A stretch of DNA of 64,000 nt from Candidatus Moraniibacteriota bacterium (GCA_963778555.1 CAVZUR010000004.1:308151-372150); one strand, 5' to 3'; shown: positions 10,601 to 22,274, counted from the first letter of the stretch. Made by a program: numbers and translations. Notes: generated by a model from the sequence alone, not told the origin.

Positions 10601-10664
10601 AGAGAAACGATTGATGAATAATAAGTCTTCTTATAGTACCACAGCGCGGACGGTCCGTAAATAC

Positions 10665-10700
10665 AAAACACCCTGGTGTTCAAGGGAGCCAGGGTGTTTC
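10665..10700. terminator. intrinsic terminator of the sortase gene
   Basis: AAAACACCCTGG...CCAGGGTGTTT. Confidence 0.7.
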
Positions 10701-10708
10701 AATGATAT

Positions 10709-11749
10709 TTATGAGACGAGTTCGGCTGTGACCACATATCGCTTCAACTGCGTTCCAAGCGGCCAGCACGTGACAAGGGTCAGGGTTGGAGTATCCGAAG
10801 CAGCAAAGATTGCCGGATCATTCGGAGTCACAACGGCATGACTCTTCATCCGATATAGGTACTCAAATGTCTTACCATTCTTCTGCGTGACTCGGAGTAT
10901 GATTTCATCCCCTGCCTTAAGCTTCCCAATCGATCGAAAGACATAATTGTAATCGCTTTTGATCCAGGTGTAGTTGCTGCTGTGACCAGAGAGCACCATG
11001 TTGCCATCCTGTCCCGCTGACGCGGTAGCCGGGTACCGTACTACTCCTCGGGTTAAATCTTCCAGCAATGCTTTATCGGAAACGCTCTCCGAGAGGACAA
11101 TTGGTGCGCTGACATTGATCTTCTTGATAATGATGCGAATCTCAGGCTTGGCCGATCCAGCCTCGGTCGGATCATAGCTATTCTTAACCTCGATGCCATC
11201 TGCATATCCATCGCCATCTGTATCAGCGGTCAACGGCTGGGTGCCATGGAAAAATTCCTGGGTATTTGAAAGACCGTCTTGATCAGGATCGGATGCGGCA
11301 TCCTTCGCTTTCAGATCGAGACCATTTGCCTCCTCCCAATTATCCGAGAGTCCGTCGTTATCCATATCGAGCCGACCCGCGCCAAGCGGACTATAGCCCT
11401 TCTTCACCTCGGAACCATCTGAATAGCCATCATCATCCGTATCGGCATCAGCCGGATCCGTCAGATAACGGTATTCTTCACGGAGTGTCAGTCCGTCACC
11501 ATCAGCATCCGTGAGCACATCCGACTCCTGCTCAACCAAAATGCCGTACCGCTTGAGCCAGAAAGGATCGACACCAAAATAACGCTCTTCAGCCTTTGTG
11601 AGTGCAATATCTAGCTCAGCCGCTTCAGTATTCACGTACGAACCATAGGTGAGCGATACAAAGGACGCACTGAAGACAATGAGCGCAACTACTGATAGCA
11701 TGGTAGTCGATTTCCAACGCATCAAAAGTTCCATAATCAGAGTTATCAT
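10709..11749 (-). CDS. sortase with N-terminal DxDxDG Ca-binding (bacterial TSP3-like) repeats
   Basis: [15 protein letters not shown] and catalytic Arg; repeats [41 protein letters not shown]. Confidence 0.88.
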   Translation of the reverse strand: MITLIMELLMRWKSTTMLSVVALIVFSASFVSLTYGSYVNTEAAELDIALTKAEERYFGVDPFWLKRYGILVEQESDVLTDADGDGLTLREEYRYLTDPADADTDDDGYSDGSEVKKGYSPLGAGRLDMDNDGLSDNWEEANGLDLKAKDAASDPDQDGLSNTQEFFHGTQPLTADTDGDGYADGIEVKNSYDPTEAGSAKPEIRIIIKKINVSAPIVLSESVSDKALLEDLTRGVVRYPATASAGQDGNMVLSGHSSNYTWIKSDYNYVFRSIGKLKAGDEIILRVTQKNGKTFEYLYRMKSHAVVTPNDPAIFAASDTPTLTLVTCWPLGTQLKRYVVTAELVS

Positions 11750-11861
11750 TTGAAAACTCCCAATTATATTCTATTTTGTTGATTTTGTCAATACTTATGC
11801 TATAGTTTCCCACAAATAAGCCTTATTTATACAGTATGCGTCTGTAGGATGCCAAGGCATA

Positions 11862-11887
11862 CAAAAAGAGCCCATCGGGCTCTTTTT
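11862..11887. terminator. intrinsic terminator
   Basis: AAAAAGAGCCC-atc-GGGCTCTTTTT. Confidence 0.8.
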
Positions 11888-11922
11888 GACTTTAATTCGA
11901 GCTTAGTTAGAAGAAATATGCT

Positions 11923-13047
11923 CTACGCAGCCATTTTTTTCCGGCGCCGAGACAGGATTTTCGCGATAACAGCAAATGCAACAATAGCTGAAATAGCCGA
12001 CATCAGTAGTGCCGCCCAACCCGGTCCAGTCGCCGGCGCCGCGAGTGTCTTATAGCCGAAGTCGGCTTTCTTATGATCCTCTTTTCTCGCGAGACTGACA
12101 CGGGTCATATGGTCTCGTTTTCCGTCCGGATCAAACGTCAGTGTGCGAAACGGTACATCTTCCGACTTCACTACCACCGAATAATTTCCCTCGCAAAGAT
12201 CATCAAATTTGTACTCGCCGCTTCCGTTCGTCCTTTTTTTATCGACGTCATTACCACGGTACAACCAGACACCCACGCCCGAAATTCCCACCTCGCCCGA
12301 ATCTTGAACTCCGTCGCCATTTGTATCGCTCCAGATGAAGTCTCCGATTGATCCATTACAGTCATGGCTTTCCTTTTCTTCTTTAGGCTCATCTTTTGGT
12401 TCATCATCAGTCTTCTTTTCGCTGCCACACGTGGCGCTACAGCCGTCTCCATCTTTCGTATTGCCGTCATCGCAGAATTCCCCCATATCCACCACCTCAT
12501 TGCCGCAACTCTCAAGCCGACACTGAGATGTACAGCCATCCCCGCTTTTGGTATTGCCGTCATCACATGCCTCGCCAGACTCTTTCGTCCCGTTACCGCA
12601 AGCCGCTGGCGCTACTTTATCCGCGCTGCAGGAATCAGCGCTTCCGCCATTCTCACCGGCACAGCTCCAGGTCCAGGGACCCGAGCCGCTCACCGAAGAA
12701 GCCACGCCTGCGGCACAAAGATTGACACCTGGTTTTGAAGACAACGTCTTGCCATCCGATGATCCACAGTCTCCGTTGATCGGAGGAGTGACTGGCGGAG
12801 CCAATTTTTCCGCTTGGCAGGAAGCCGACGAATAGCCAGACTTGCTGCAGGTCCACGTCCACGGACCGCTCCCTGAAACCGTAGAAGACGTACCGACGGA
12901 ACAGAGATTGGAGGTGGGCGCAGAGGCTAATGTCTTACCATTCGAGGAGCCACAGGCAGAATAGGTCGCCTGGGCCACTCCCGAGACGAGAAGTACTGCT
13001 CCGCCTGCGAAGAGAACAATGGCGAGAGCCCGAGAAAATTGCCGCAT
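11923..13047 (-). CDS. Cys-rich surface protein (Myxococcus-type CG..CDDGN repeats plus SdrD B-like domain) with sorting signal
   Basis: Signal peptide; two CGSS.G..LC..GSGPWTW.C repeats; two CDDGN..GDGC repeats; [17 protein letters not shown]; C-terminal APATG, TM, RRRKK. Confidence 0.82.
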   Translation of the reverse strand: MRQFSRALAIVLFAGGAVLLVSGVAQATYSACGSSNGKTLASAPTSNLCSVGTSSTVSGSGPWTWTCSKSGYSSASCQAEKLAPPVTPPINGDCGSSDGKTLSSKPGVNLCAAGVASSVSGSGPWTWSCAGENGGSADSCSADKVAPAACGNGTKESGEACDDGNTKSGDGCTSQCRLESCGNEVVDMGEFCDDGNTKDGDGCSATCGSEKKTDDEPKDEPKEEKESHDCNGSIGDFIWSDTNGDGVQDSGEVGISGVGVWLYRGNDVDKKRTNGSGEYKFDDLCEGNYSVVVKSEDVPFRTLTFDPDGKRDHMTRVSLARKEDHKKADFGYKTLAAPATGPGWAALLMSAISAIVAFAVIAKILSRRRKKMAA

Positions 13048-13078
13048 ATGTTTTTTTATTTTTATTACCCTTTAATCT

Positions 13079-13849
13079 CTAGCGGATCTCGTAGGTCATC
13101 GTGACATTCACCTTTGTCTCGTTTGTTCCAGGCTGGATTGAAGGTGACGGCGCTCCGCCCATGCCACTCGCTGATTTCATACTGTACGCATCACCCTCTC
13201 CGCCGACAGCGAGCATCTGGGGAGACTCATAGAGGGAAACAAGTCGGCCAACATCAAAACCGGCATCCTTGGCAAGTCGCGCTGCCTTAGCCTGTGCTTG
13301 CTCAATCGCCTCTTTTCTCGCATCCGCTTTGGCCGCTTCCTCATCATCGACCGTAAAGGCAACTTGAGAAACACTGTTGCCGCCACTCACTACGGCTCCC
13401 GAGAGAAGCTCACCGATCTTGCCCGTATCCCGTACCGTGACACGGAGCGTCTGTGTCAGCGTGTAGCCATTGATGCTCGGCTGCGGGCAAATCGTTAATC
13501 CAACGCAATTCGGATACTCGTAACGCGGCGAGAGTGTATATTCATCAGTCTTCAGATCTTTTTCGGCGACACCTGCTTCTTTAAGGAAATTTGTAACGGC
13601 ATTCATTTTTTCAGTATTCTTGGCTTGCACCTCGGCGACATTTTTTCCACCATCTGTGACGACTGAGACTGAGAATTTCGCGACATCCGGAACGATATCG
13701 ATACTTCCCTCTCCTTCGACAGAAAAAGTCCGGGTCGGATACACCTTATCAACCGAGCGGGCATACTCGACCGCGGTTAGGAGCGCTGCAATCGCAATCA
13801 AGAGGAGCGAGAGTGATTTGACCGACTGACGTGTTGTTTCTTCAAGCAT
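13079..13849 (-). CDS. SIMPL (DUF541) domain protein
   Basis: SVEGEG...VPDVA, ARKEAI..AQAKA..LA, IQPG....VNVTMTY. Confidence 0.88.
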   Translation of the reverse strand: MLEETTRQSVKSLSLLLIAIAALLTAVEYARSVDKVYPTRTFSVEGEGSIDIVPDVAKFSVSVVTDGGKNVAEVQAKNTEKMNAVTNFLKEAGVAEKDLKTDEYTLSPRYEYPNCVGLTICPQPSINGYTLTQTLRVTVRDTGKIGELLSGAVVSGGNSVSQVAFTVDDEEAAKADARKEAIEQAQAKAARLAKDAGFDVGRLVSLYESPQMLAVGGEGDAYSMKSASGMGGAPSPSIQPGTNETKVNVTMTYEIR

Positions 13850-13966
13850 ACAAAAAGACTGCTGGATTAGCTACACTCCCAGTATAGCATTCCAGCCCTA
13901 CTGGAAAAACGCGCTTGTCCAGCCCTTACTCGTGCGGACACTCCTACAGGGAAACCCTCACGTCCC

Positions 13967-14472
13967 CTAGAGGGCCGCTTTCAGTTCAGTGAGTGCCTCA
14001 TTGAAAGCTTTCGTCGTCAGTGACGATCCGCCTACCCGATCAATTGCGGTGATCTCGGAAAGCTTCTTCCCGTTCACTGCTGCCGGGAGCCCTTCAGCGA
14101 ATGCCGCCTGCCGCCTCTTGGAGACATCATGGACGGCGAGGACATCTGTCTTCGCATCCGTGATAGTGCCGGCGCCGTCGACCGCCAGAGTAAACCTCAC
14201 TTCATCTTCACCAGCCGGGTTTTTATAGTTTTTCGTCGCCGAAACCTGCTCTCATCGCTTGGCGCTGAAGCTCGGTGCGACATCGACTGGCTTCCCTACG
14301 ATTCATCCGATTTATCACCGAGGCACGCCTTTATTAGCTGACTATCATTGGTCGTCATCACCGGCTTGCCAGACTCTTCGCTCTTGGAAGGTATCAGGAA
14401 CTTCACGGCCGCGACCATGACTGCCAGGACTGCGACACCGAAGAAGAGTGTACTTTTCTTGAACTGTGCCAT
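13967..14472 (-). CDS. exported FMN-binding-like protein, frameshift near 14250; paralog of 42630..43115
   Basis: N-terminal TM from ATG 14472; C-terminal RFTL...G.ITDA...Q.AF..GL..V.GKKLSE...DRVGGSSLTTKAFN. Confidence 0.65.
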
Positions 14473-14538
14473 GACATTGAGGGCCTAAAGTATTACGAGT
14501 CTATTATCGCTGGAAATTTGGAGTTCTTCAACCCTCAC

Positions 14539-15762
14539 CTATTCATATCGGAGCGCCTCGATCGGATTCATCTTGGCCGCTCGGGTGGCAGGATAATACC
14601 CGAAAACGATACCGATGGCAGCTGAAACAGCGAACGCCAGGAAGATAGAGTTCAGAGAAATTTCAGCCGCGATGCCGAAAGTGCTCATGAGAAGCGCGAT
14701 GATCCACCCCCAAAAAATACCAAAAAATCCGCCCGTGAACGTCAGTACGACTGCCTCCAGCAAAAATTGTTTTCGGATTTCTTTTCCTCGCGCTCCGATG
14801 GCCTTGCGCAAACCGATCTCTCTCGTTCGTTCAGTGACATTGGTCAGCATCATATTCATGATGCCGATACCTCCAACCACAAGCGAGATACCCGCCACTG
14901 CTCCGAGTAAAGTCGTGAAAGTCGAAGTGATACTCGACGCTGTTTCGACGATATCCGCTTGGTTCATGATGCGAAAATCCGCCTCTGCGCCGGCCTTGAT
15001 CAGATGGGCTGTCCGAAGAATAGCCGTGGCTTGATTTGAAGCTTCGGTCATGTCCGCTCCGTTTTTGATACGGATGTTAATGAGTGAAAGGAATTCATTC
15101 CCTGAAAAAAATTGTTTGGCGGTCTGAAGCGGGACATAGATGAAATCATCGGAACTCCCGAAACCCGTCCCGCCCCGAGGTGCTGCGACGCCGATGACAG
15201 TGAAGTCAGCATTACCGATGCGCACCTTCTTCCCGATGGAAGCCGCATTCTCACCGAACAGCTCGGCGTTCACTTCCGGTCCGAGAACGGCGACTTTGGC
15301 CAGGTTCGACTCCTGCGTCGGCGTAATGAAAGAGCCCTGAGCCAAAGTAATATTCCGTACCGTCGCTTGGTCGGCCGTTACCCCAGAAACACTGGTATTC
15401 GTATTCTTTCCCTGAGTCGTCACTTGTTTGCGACCAGCTGAGATTTCTGGAGCGATTTTTTCGAGTGCGGCCAGATTCTCTTTCAATGAGGTCACATCAG
15501 CCAGCGTCAAAGACTGCGCTGATCCCTGTGCGCCTTGGACCTGGGATCCCGGCCCCTGCTGCGCTCCGGGCCGGACGATGAGCAGATTCGACCCGATGGC
15601 TTGAATATTCGCTTGGATAGCCGTTTGAGCGCCTTGGCCGACCGCGACCATGACGATAACGGACGCGATACCGATAACGATGCCGAGTACCGTCAAGCTC
15701 GAGCGGGCCTTGTTCACAGTCACCGCCGTATAGATTTCCTGCGTCAGATCAGCGAAGAGCAT
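14539..15762 (-). CDS. MacB/FtsX family ABC permease
   Basis: RSSLTVLGIVIGIASV, ISLVVGGIGIMN, ERTREIGLRKAIGA, PIEALRYE. Confidence 0.92.
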   Translation of the reverse strand: MLFADLTQEIYTAVTVNKARSSLTVLGIVIGIASVIVMVAVGQGAQTAIQANIQAIGSNLLIVRPGAQQGPGSQVQGAQGSAQSLTLADVTSLKENLAALEKIAPEISAGRKQVTTQGKNTNTSVSGVTADQATVRNITLAQGSFITPTQESNLAKVAVLGPEVNAELFGENAASIGKKVRIGNADFTVIGVAAPRGGTGFGSSDDFIYVPLQTAKQFFSGNEFLSLINIRIKNGADMTEASNQATAILRTAHLIKAGAEADFRIMNQADIVETASSITSTFTTLLGAVAGISLVVGGIGIMNMMLTNVTERTREIGLRKAIGARGKEIRKQFLLEAVVLTFTGGFFGIFWGWIIALLMSTFGIAAEISLNSIFLAFAVSAAIGIVFGYYPATRAAKMNPIEALRYE

Positions 15763-15766
15763 AGAG

Positions 15767-16471
15767 TTAGCTTCTGACCTTTCTCGAGTTACCCGTCTGC
15801 ACATCGTTCACGAGGGCGCCGTCACGGATCGAAAGAATGCGATCGGCGCGATCGGCCACCTCATCCTCATGCGTGATGAGGACAATCGTATGGCCATATT
15901 CACGATTGAGTCTCTCAAATGTATCAAGCACCAGCGCCCCGGTTTTCGTATCGAGATTGCCCGTCGGCTCATCCGCTAGGATCAGTGAGGGTCGATTGAC
16001 GAGCGCCCGTGCAATGGCAACGCGCTGCATCTGACCACCCGAGAGCTGATTGGTACGATGCTGCCAACGAGACTCGTCCAGCCCGACGGCTCGAAGCGCT
16101 TCCTCAACCCGTCCCGTACGCTCCTCTTTTGATGCCTCCAGGTAGATGAGGGGCAGCATGACATTCCGAAACACGCTCGTCCGAGGCAGCAGATTGAAGG
16201 ATTGGAAGACAAAACCGATTTTCTCCTTTCGCAGCCGAGCGAGTTCATCCTCGGAAAATTTCGAGACATCCGAGCCATCAAAGAGATACGTCCCCGCCGA
16301 GGGAGTGTCAAGCGCGCCCAGGATATGCATGAGCGTCGACTTGCCGCTGCCGCTCGGACCCATGATAGATACGAACTCTCCGTCCTGGACAGTGAAGGAA
16401 ACGTCCTTCAGGACCGTCGTTGTCTGGTCGCCGTTCGTATACGTCTTGGTGATACCGCGACATTCGAGCAT
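15767..16471 (-). CDS. MacB/LolD-type ABC ATP-binding protein
   Basis: [32 protein letters not shown]. Confidence 0.92.
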   Translation of the reverse strand: MLECRGITKTYTNGDQTTTVLKDVSFTVQDGEFVSIMGPSGSGKSTLMHILGALDTPSAGTYLFDGSDVSKFSEDELARLRKEKIGFVFQSFNLLPRTSVFRNVMLPLIYLEASKEERTGRVEEALRAVGLDESRWQHRTNQLSGGQMQRVAIARALVNRPSLILADEPTGNLDTKTGALVLDTFERLNREYGHTIVLITHEDEVADRADRILSIRDGALVNDVQTGNSRKVRS

Positions 16472-16480
16472 ACGGAACGC

Positions 16481-17698
16481 TTAGCGATTGAATCCTCCGC
16501 CACGATTGCCGCCGCCCGCCCCCCTGAAGAGGTTGAGCAGCCCACCCTGACTCTGCTGATTGGCCGACGGATTAGCATTCGCAGTGACACCCGCGCTCCC
16601 CGCTACCAGCACGTTCTCACCCGCATTGAGGCCGCTCAGCACTTCAGTATTCACATTATCAGTAATACCGACCGTAATTTCCTTTTTCTCTCCGCGCGGA
16701 GCCGTACTGTCCTGAGAGTTGGCCTGGTTTTCTTCCACCGTTCCGCTCTTCACCCCATTCCGCCGGTTTGAAGCCGCAATCAACACAAAGGCTTTGCCAT
16801 CTTCATAGATGACGGCCGCATTGGGTACCAGGAGTATCCCGTGCTTTTCTGCGACAGAAATCTCAACCGCCACGCTCATGCCCGGCCGGAGAACCGGCAG
16901 CTGCTCATCCAGTGCGATTTCCGCTCCATAAGAAACGACGCCCTGCGTCGCGACGCCGATCGTATCAAGTTTCGAGATTTTCCCACCGAGCTCGACATTG
17001 GGAAGAGCGTCAAAGGCCAAACTGACGCTATTCCCGACTTTGACCTTGACCGCGTCAACCTCATTAAGCGATATTACCGCCTTCATGCTGGTCGTGATGA
17101 CCGAGGCGAGAATCGCCGTCTGGGAGATCGTGTCTCCGCTATCGACTGACAGACCGGTGACAATTCCATCGAACGGCGCGCGAATAGTATATTCCGCCAA
17201 TTGAGAAAGCGCGTCAGCGAGGTCAATCTCTTGCTGCTTAACCGCGGTTTCCTGAACGCGGCGCGTGAGCGTATCGCCTGTCGTCCTGCCTGGAAAATCC
17301 TCTTTCGTCTGCTGTAGCTTTATTTTTGCCGATTTGAGACTCAGTTCTGCCTGACGGACGTTCCGGACCGCATTTTTGGAATCGAGCGTGGCGATAATCT
17401 GCCCCTTTTTCACTATTTGATCATTTTTCACCGATACCGCCAGCACTTGGATAGCGTCACCCGCCGCAACCGGCTTGAGATCAACTTGGGAGTCGGCCTG
17501 GATCTGGCCGCTGCCGGAAACCATCACCTTCAAATCGCCTTTTTTAACAGTTTCAACCTTCGTTTGCGTCGTCGGAATAGTCGCTGGAGCATCCGGCCGG
17601 AAATACCAATACGCACCGCCGATGGCCGCCATGATGATAAGCACGGATAGCCAATGGCTCCGGACGAATGAGGGGGTTATTGTGTGAATTTTTGACAT
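16481..17698 (-). CDS. MacA-like periplasmic adaptor (membrane fusion protein)
   Basis: IRAPFDGIV, LRPGMS, LLVPNAAV, VGITD...EVLSGL..GE. Confidence 0.88.
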   Translation of the reverse strand: MSKIHTITPSFVRSHWLSVLIIMAAIGGAYWYFRPDAPATIPTTQTKVETVKKGDLKVMVSGSGQIQADSQVDLKPVAAGDAIQVLAVSVKNDQIVKKGQIIATLDSKNAVRNVRQAELSLKSAKIKLQQTKEDFPGRTTGDTLTRRVQETAVKQQEIDLADALSQLAEYTIRAPFDGIVTGLSVDSGDTISQTAILASVITTSMKAVISLNEVDAVKVKVGNSVSLAFDALPNVELGGKISKLDTIGVATQGVVSYGAEIALDEQLPVLRPGMSVAVEISVAEKHGILLVPNAAVIYEDGKAFVLIAASNRRNGVKSGTVEENQANSQDSTAPRGEKKEITVGITDNVNTEVLSGLNAGENVLVAGSAGVTANANPSANQQSQGGLLNLFRGAGGGNRGGGFNR

Positions 17699-17805
17699 TG
17701 TAATTCCACAGTTAGCAGTTAATGCTCGCACAGGAAGTCCAAATGGTCAACCGGAAGGAAAGAAAACCTGCCTCTCTCGGCATCCTCAGCCTGTCCGCTC
17801 GGTAA

Positions 17806-18090
17806 TTAGTTCATCATTCTTCGATCGGGAGATCGTCGTTCGAGAGAGCACCGAGCAATGTATTGAATCTCATGAAACATCTGCTTCACGTCTTCGCTCG
17901 CCGTCTCGTCCGAAACGGCCGGCTGCGACCCTTCAGCCGCGGCTCGTTCTGCTGCTTCGAGAGCCGCGCGTTCCCGCTCCGCAAGTCGGAGTCGCTCATC
18001 CTGAACGATCCAGAACACGACCCCTACTGAGGCTGCAAGAAAAACAACCGATAAACCGATACCAAAAAATCGGGCGAATCGTCCAATCAT
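17806..18090 (-). CDS. hypothetical membrane protein
   Basis: N-terminal TM; start overlaps the upstream stop. Confidence 0.45.
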   Translation of the reverse strand: MIGRFARFFGIGLSVVFLAASVGVVFWIVQDERLRLAERERAALEAAERAAAEGSQPAVSDETASEDVKQMFHEIQYIARCSLERRSPDRRMMN

Positions 18091-18789
18091 AAGGATTTTT
18101 CATAGGCTGCTTGAAGCGGCACAAAGATACTGGTCCGATAATGTTCCGAAAAGTCACTGACCGATTGGACCACACTCCGGCGGGCACCCTCGCGGAGAGA
18201 GCGCCTCACGTCGGGGACGTCCTGGGATGTGCTCTCATAGACCTGGCGATAGGTATCGTACGCGGAAATCAGTGCCGCCGCCCTTCGATTCGATTCGGTG
18301 AACTGCGCCTCGATTGCCAGCGTATCGATGCCCTTCTCCTTGAGAAAGTTCACCATCGCTTCGGTGCGTTTCGCGAGAGCGACCAAATCGCGCTCCTTCT
18401 TCTCACGCAGGCCAGCCGGCGTATTATTGCTCCGCGCGACTATCGGCGGGAGTCCGGTGAGTGACGGATGGATTGGTCGAAGGAGAAGGGGTTGACGGAG
18501 TCGGAGTTGCTCCACTGGAACCGGAAGAATAACCTGGGTCCCGCTTAATCTCCTCAATTTTTTTGGTGCACTCTTCATCTGAAAAATCAGTGTACTTCTT
18601 GCAGCTAGCGAGGTTCATGTTCTTCTTCGCGAGTATCGTGCAGGTCACATCACTGAAGCCCGTCCGTTTCTTGCACTCGTCGACGACCGACTGAAGCGCC
18701 GTTGCGGCCTGAGTGTGAGCTGAGAAGTACAATGAAAACACAAACGCGGCGATGACGATAAAACCGTTTATAGGAAACCGTTTCCGCAT
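18087..18789 (-). CDS. hypothetical exported protein, frameshifted near 18450-18500
   Basis: Signal peptide, CKK.T.FSD..C twice, PT linker, then a helical domain in ORF 18087..18578. Confidence 0.55.
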
Positions 18790-18882
18790 AGCGAATAGGG
18801 AAGATATACCTCTAGTATAAATCATTTCCGTGGTCTCTGCCGGCCGCATGAACCAGCCCACTGTGCCGCTCCAAACGTTCCA

Positions 18883-19311
18883 TTATATCGTGCCATTGGG
18901 TTTTTTCTGGTCGAGCCATTGCTGCAGGATGATACTGGCCGCTTCCGCATCGTCTTTCCGGTTCACATGCTTTTCGCCGCGGAGAATCAGGGACTGTTGC
19001 GCCAATTTGGTCGTAAACATCTCATCCTGGTATTCGATTCGGACGCCAGCAGTTGTCGCGAGTGTCCGACCAAGAATTTCTCCAGGATAGACCACTGCTT
19101 TCCGATTGACATGAGAGGGGATGCCAATAATAACCATACCGACCCCCTCTTCCTGAATAATTTTGCACAACCGATTGAGAAATCCATCGTCGTTGCGCTC
19201 AGTCAAAAGAGGCACTGCGACGCGCGTTTCCGCATGGGCCAGCGCGATGCCGATATCGTGTTTCCCCCAATCAATGCCGAGAAAATTCATCGGCTCAGCA
19301 TCATGCGTCAT
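18883..19311 (-). CDS. ruvX: RuvX/YqgF pre-16S rRNA nuclease
   Basis: LGIDWG..DIGIA, IIGIP, QDEMFTT, DDAEAASIILQQWLD. Confidence 0.88.
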   Translation of the reverse strand: MTHDAEPMNFLGIDWGKHDIGIALAHAETRVAVPLLTERNDDGFLNRLCKIIQEEGVGMVIIGIPSHVNRKAVVYPGEILGRTLATTAGVRIEYQDEMFTTKLAQQSLILRGEKHVNRKDDAEAASIILQQWLDQKKPNGTI

Positions 19312-20084
19312 ACGACAGTCAATACTTCCGCTCCCGATTGAGTAATGAGGACCGTATCCTCTGAATGCCCCGAGAGCTGCCCGTCGACCGTCACGAAGGT
19401 CCAACCATCTTTGGCCAGCTTCACGTGATGCGATCCACGATTCACCATCGGTTCGAGCGCCACCGTCATACCAGACGAAAAGCGGAAATCTGGCAAGCCG
19501 GAACCTGAATAATTCGGAATCTGCGGCTCTTCGTGAAGATCGTGCCCCACCCCATGTCCCACCAAATCGCGAACGCACGTGAATCCCGCGGACTGGACGA
19601 CCATCTCGACCGCGCTTGCGTAGTCCGCCAGCCTGGAGCCATCACGCAGAGTCTTGATACCTGCCTGGAGTGCCGCCTCGGTAATGTTTTGCAGCACAGT
19701 TGCTTCACGTGTTCCGGATCCGATAATCTTCATCCGGGCCATATCCGATACCATGCCAGCGTAGCGCATACCGATATCGATCTTGAGCAAGTCACCATCG
19801 ACCAAAATCCGTTTGTCATCAGGGATGCCATGGACTACCTCATTATTGAGCGAGAGGCACACTGCCGCAGGAAAGGGCGGAGCACCCCAGGCTTTCCCAT
19901 AGCCCTTGAATATCGGTTCGCCGCCCGCCGTTCGGATGAGTGTCTCCGCGAGACGGCCGAGCTCGCCGGTCGAAACACCAATCACCGCGGTTGTCAGAAG
20001 CTCTCGGACAATCCCCGCCAACAATCCCCCCGACTCACGGAGAGCCAAAATATCCGCCTCCGACTTTATCCATTGCTTGGGCAT
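19308..20084 (-). CDS. map: methionine aminopeptidase type I
   Basis: SLNNEVVHGIP, KIDIG, GHGVG..LHEEP, ALEPM, HSEDT. Confidence 0.93.
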   Translation of the reverse strand: MPKQWIKSEADILALRESGGLLAGIVRELLTTAVIGVSTGELGRLAETLIRTAGGEPIFKGYGKAWGAPPFPAAVCLSLNNEVVHGIPDDKRILVDGDLLKIDIGMRYAGMVSDMARMKIIGSGTREATVLQNITEAALQAGIKTLRDGSRLADYASAVEMVVQSAGFTCVRDLVGHGVGHDLHEEPQIPNYSGSGLPDFRFSSGMTVALEPMVNRGSHHVKLAKDGWTFVTVDGQLSGHSEDTVLITQSGAEVLTVV

Positions 20085-20085
20085 A

Positions 20086-20748
20086 CTACTCGGGGCGAAC
20101 GTGTTCGAGGATATACTTAAATACTTTGTACGTTTCTTGATTGCCATCAACATGCAATAGCTGCCCGGTCGACTCAAAATATGTAACCACTGGGAAAGTT
20201 TCCTGATGGAATATCTGGTGACGCTTACGGACTCCTTCCTCTGTATCGTCCACGCGCTGGGAAATTCGGCTGCCACAATAACGACAAGGTCTGTCGCTAT
20301 CGATCAGGTTCTTGCCGAGGATATAGGCACGCTTGCAGCCTTCACACGCATAGCGCTTCGAGATACGGTCAACCGAGACAGCTTCCGGTACATCGATGAA
20401 TATGACTTTGTTCAGCGTCCGGCCCGTATCTTTCAAGATTTCGAGGACCTTCTCAATCTGGCTCTCCCGGCGCGGAATGCCATCGATCAGTAGACCGACA
20501 GTTTCTGGAACGGAACGGACAGCATTGTCGAGCACCGAAAACACAATGTCATCTGGGACAAATTCGTGTTTCACATTGATGACATCATTCACTCGACGAC
20601 CGAGATCCGTGTCGTGAGCCGCCACCGCACGGAGCTCAGCTCCCATATCGATATGGGCCAGATGCAGCGAACTTTTAAGCAATTCAGCTTGGGTGGTTTT
20701 TCCGCTGCCTGCGGAGCCGAGGAGTATGTAGGTGTCTTTCAATGGCAT
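20086..20748 (-). CDS. adk: adenylate kinase with Zn-lid
   Basis: GSAGSGKTTQA, DGIPR, CEGC..CRYC, QRVDD. Confidence 0.9.
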   Translation of the reverse strand: MPLKDTYILLGSAGSGKTTQAELLKSSLHLAHIDMGAELRAVAAHDTDLGRRVNDVINVKHEFVPDDIVFSVLDNAVRSVPETVGLLIDGIPRRESQIEKVLEILKDTGRTLNKVIFIDVPEAVSVDRISKRYACEGCKRAYILGKNLIDSDRPCRYCGSRISQRVDDTEEGVRKRHQIFHQETFPVVTYFESTGQLLHVDGNQETYKVFKYILEHVRPE

Positions 20749-20982
20749 ATTAGAAATGGATGGGGATTACTTTATTAGCCGGTATAAACAAGGGAGGAAT
20801 CGTGAGGGTTTGTGAGTTTCGATGAAATATGAGGAAAGTCTGAGTACTGGAATGAAATGGTTTGGTAATTATTGGTTTTTGTGACTAGTTCGAGGAGTTC
20901 GTGAGGAACGGAGAAAGCTGTATTCGGAATACAGCGTCGAGTACCAGAAAGAACGACAAAGAAGTGGGCCAAAAACAAATAA

Positions 20983-22257
20983 TTACAACCCTTCGTAGCT
21001 CCGCATCATGAGCTGGCTTTGAATATGCTTCACCAGTTCGAGCACAACTGAAACGACAATGAGGATGCTGACACCGCCAATTGAGAGGGCTTGAATGCCG
21101 GTCATCCCCTGCACCGCGATCGGCAGCACCGCGATGGCTCCCAGAAAGAGCGCACCGGTCAATGTGATTCGGGTGATAATGTGATGGAGATATTCAGCCG
21201 TCGACATGCCAGGACGGATACCAGGCACATAGCCGCCCTGCTTTTGGAGGTTTTCAGAGATCTTCACCGGATCGAATACGACAGCCGTATAGAAATACGT
21301 AAACAAGACCACCAGGACAAAGTAGGCGATGCCATAGACCCACTGATTCTGCAGGAACGTCGCGACAGAGATAGCGAGTTCAGCGATCCTTGCATTCGGC
21401 GAGGTGACAAAGTAGTTCGCTATCATAGTCGGGATGAGGATGAGCGAGACCGCGAAGATGATCGGGATAACGCCCGCTTGATTGACCCGCAGCGGCAGAT
21501 GCGTCGCCGAGCCGCCGTAGACACTCGAACCGCGTACTCGTTTCGCGTAGGCAATGGGGATAGTCCGCTGCCCTTCATTGATGAAGATGACGCCCGCGAT
21601 CGTAATCAGTCCCAGGGCGAGAAAAATGAGGTAGGTGAAGAATTGCGATGGGTCCCAGGTCGCAAAAAGCCGGGAAGCGCCGGTCGGCAATGCTCGCGAC
21701 AATACCGGCGAAGATCATCATCGAGACGCCGTTGCCCAGGCCTTTTTCCGTGATGAGCTCGCCGAGCCACATGAGAAAGATTGTGCCCGCCGTCGCCGAA
21801 AGGATGATGACAACTATAGTGAAGGGGGAGATCTCGGAAAGGATATTCTGTGAGCGCAGGAGTGAGATCATGCTGAAGGATTGGAGTGCCGCCAAGGGCA
21901 ACGGTCAGCCAGCGGGTCCACATGTTGAATTTCTGCCGACCCTGCTCACCTTCTTCCTTGTAGAGTTTCTCGAGCCTCGGGAAAATCGTCTGCATGAGCT
22001 GCATGATGATGCTCGCCGTGATATACGGCGCGACACCCAAGAAGCACGACGGAAATATTGGACAGTCCGCCGCCCGAAAAGATATTCAGAAGACCTAAAA
22101 GAGCATTATCCTCAAACAATCGCTTGAGCTGCAGAACATCGACGCCGGGCAGAGGGATATTGGCGGTCAAGCGATAGATGACAAGCAGACCCACAATGAA
22201 GAGAATCTTCTTGCGAAGATCGGGCGTCCGGAAGATTTGCGAGAAAATTTCAGTCAT
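20983..22257 (-). CDS. secY: preprotein translocase SecY (several indels)
   Basis: [63 protein letters not shown] spread over four frames. Confidence 0.93.
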
Positions 22258-22274
22258 ACGTCAAAAACATCCTC

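Noticed and set aside
7174-10700. Shared AAAACACCCT/AGGGTGTTT arms bracketing a 3.5-kb operon, as possible element ends
   Set aside because: Each is a self-contained terminator hairpin at a gene end, the shared arms are short, and the enclosed genes are housekeeping.
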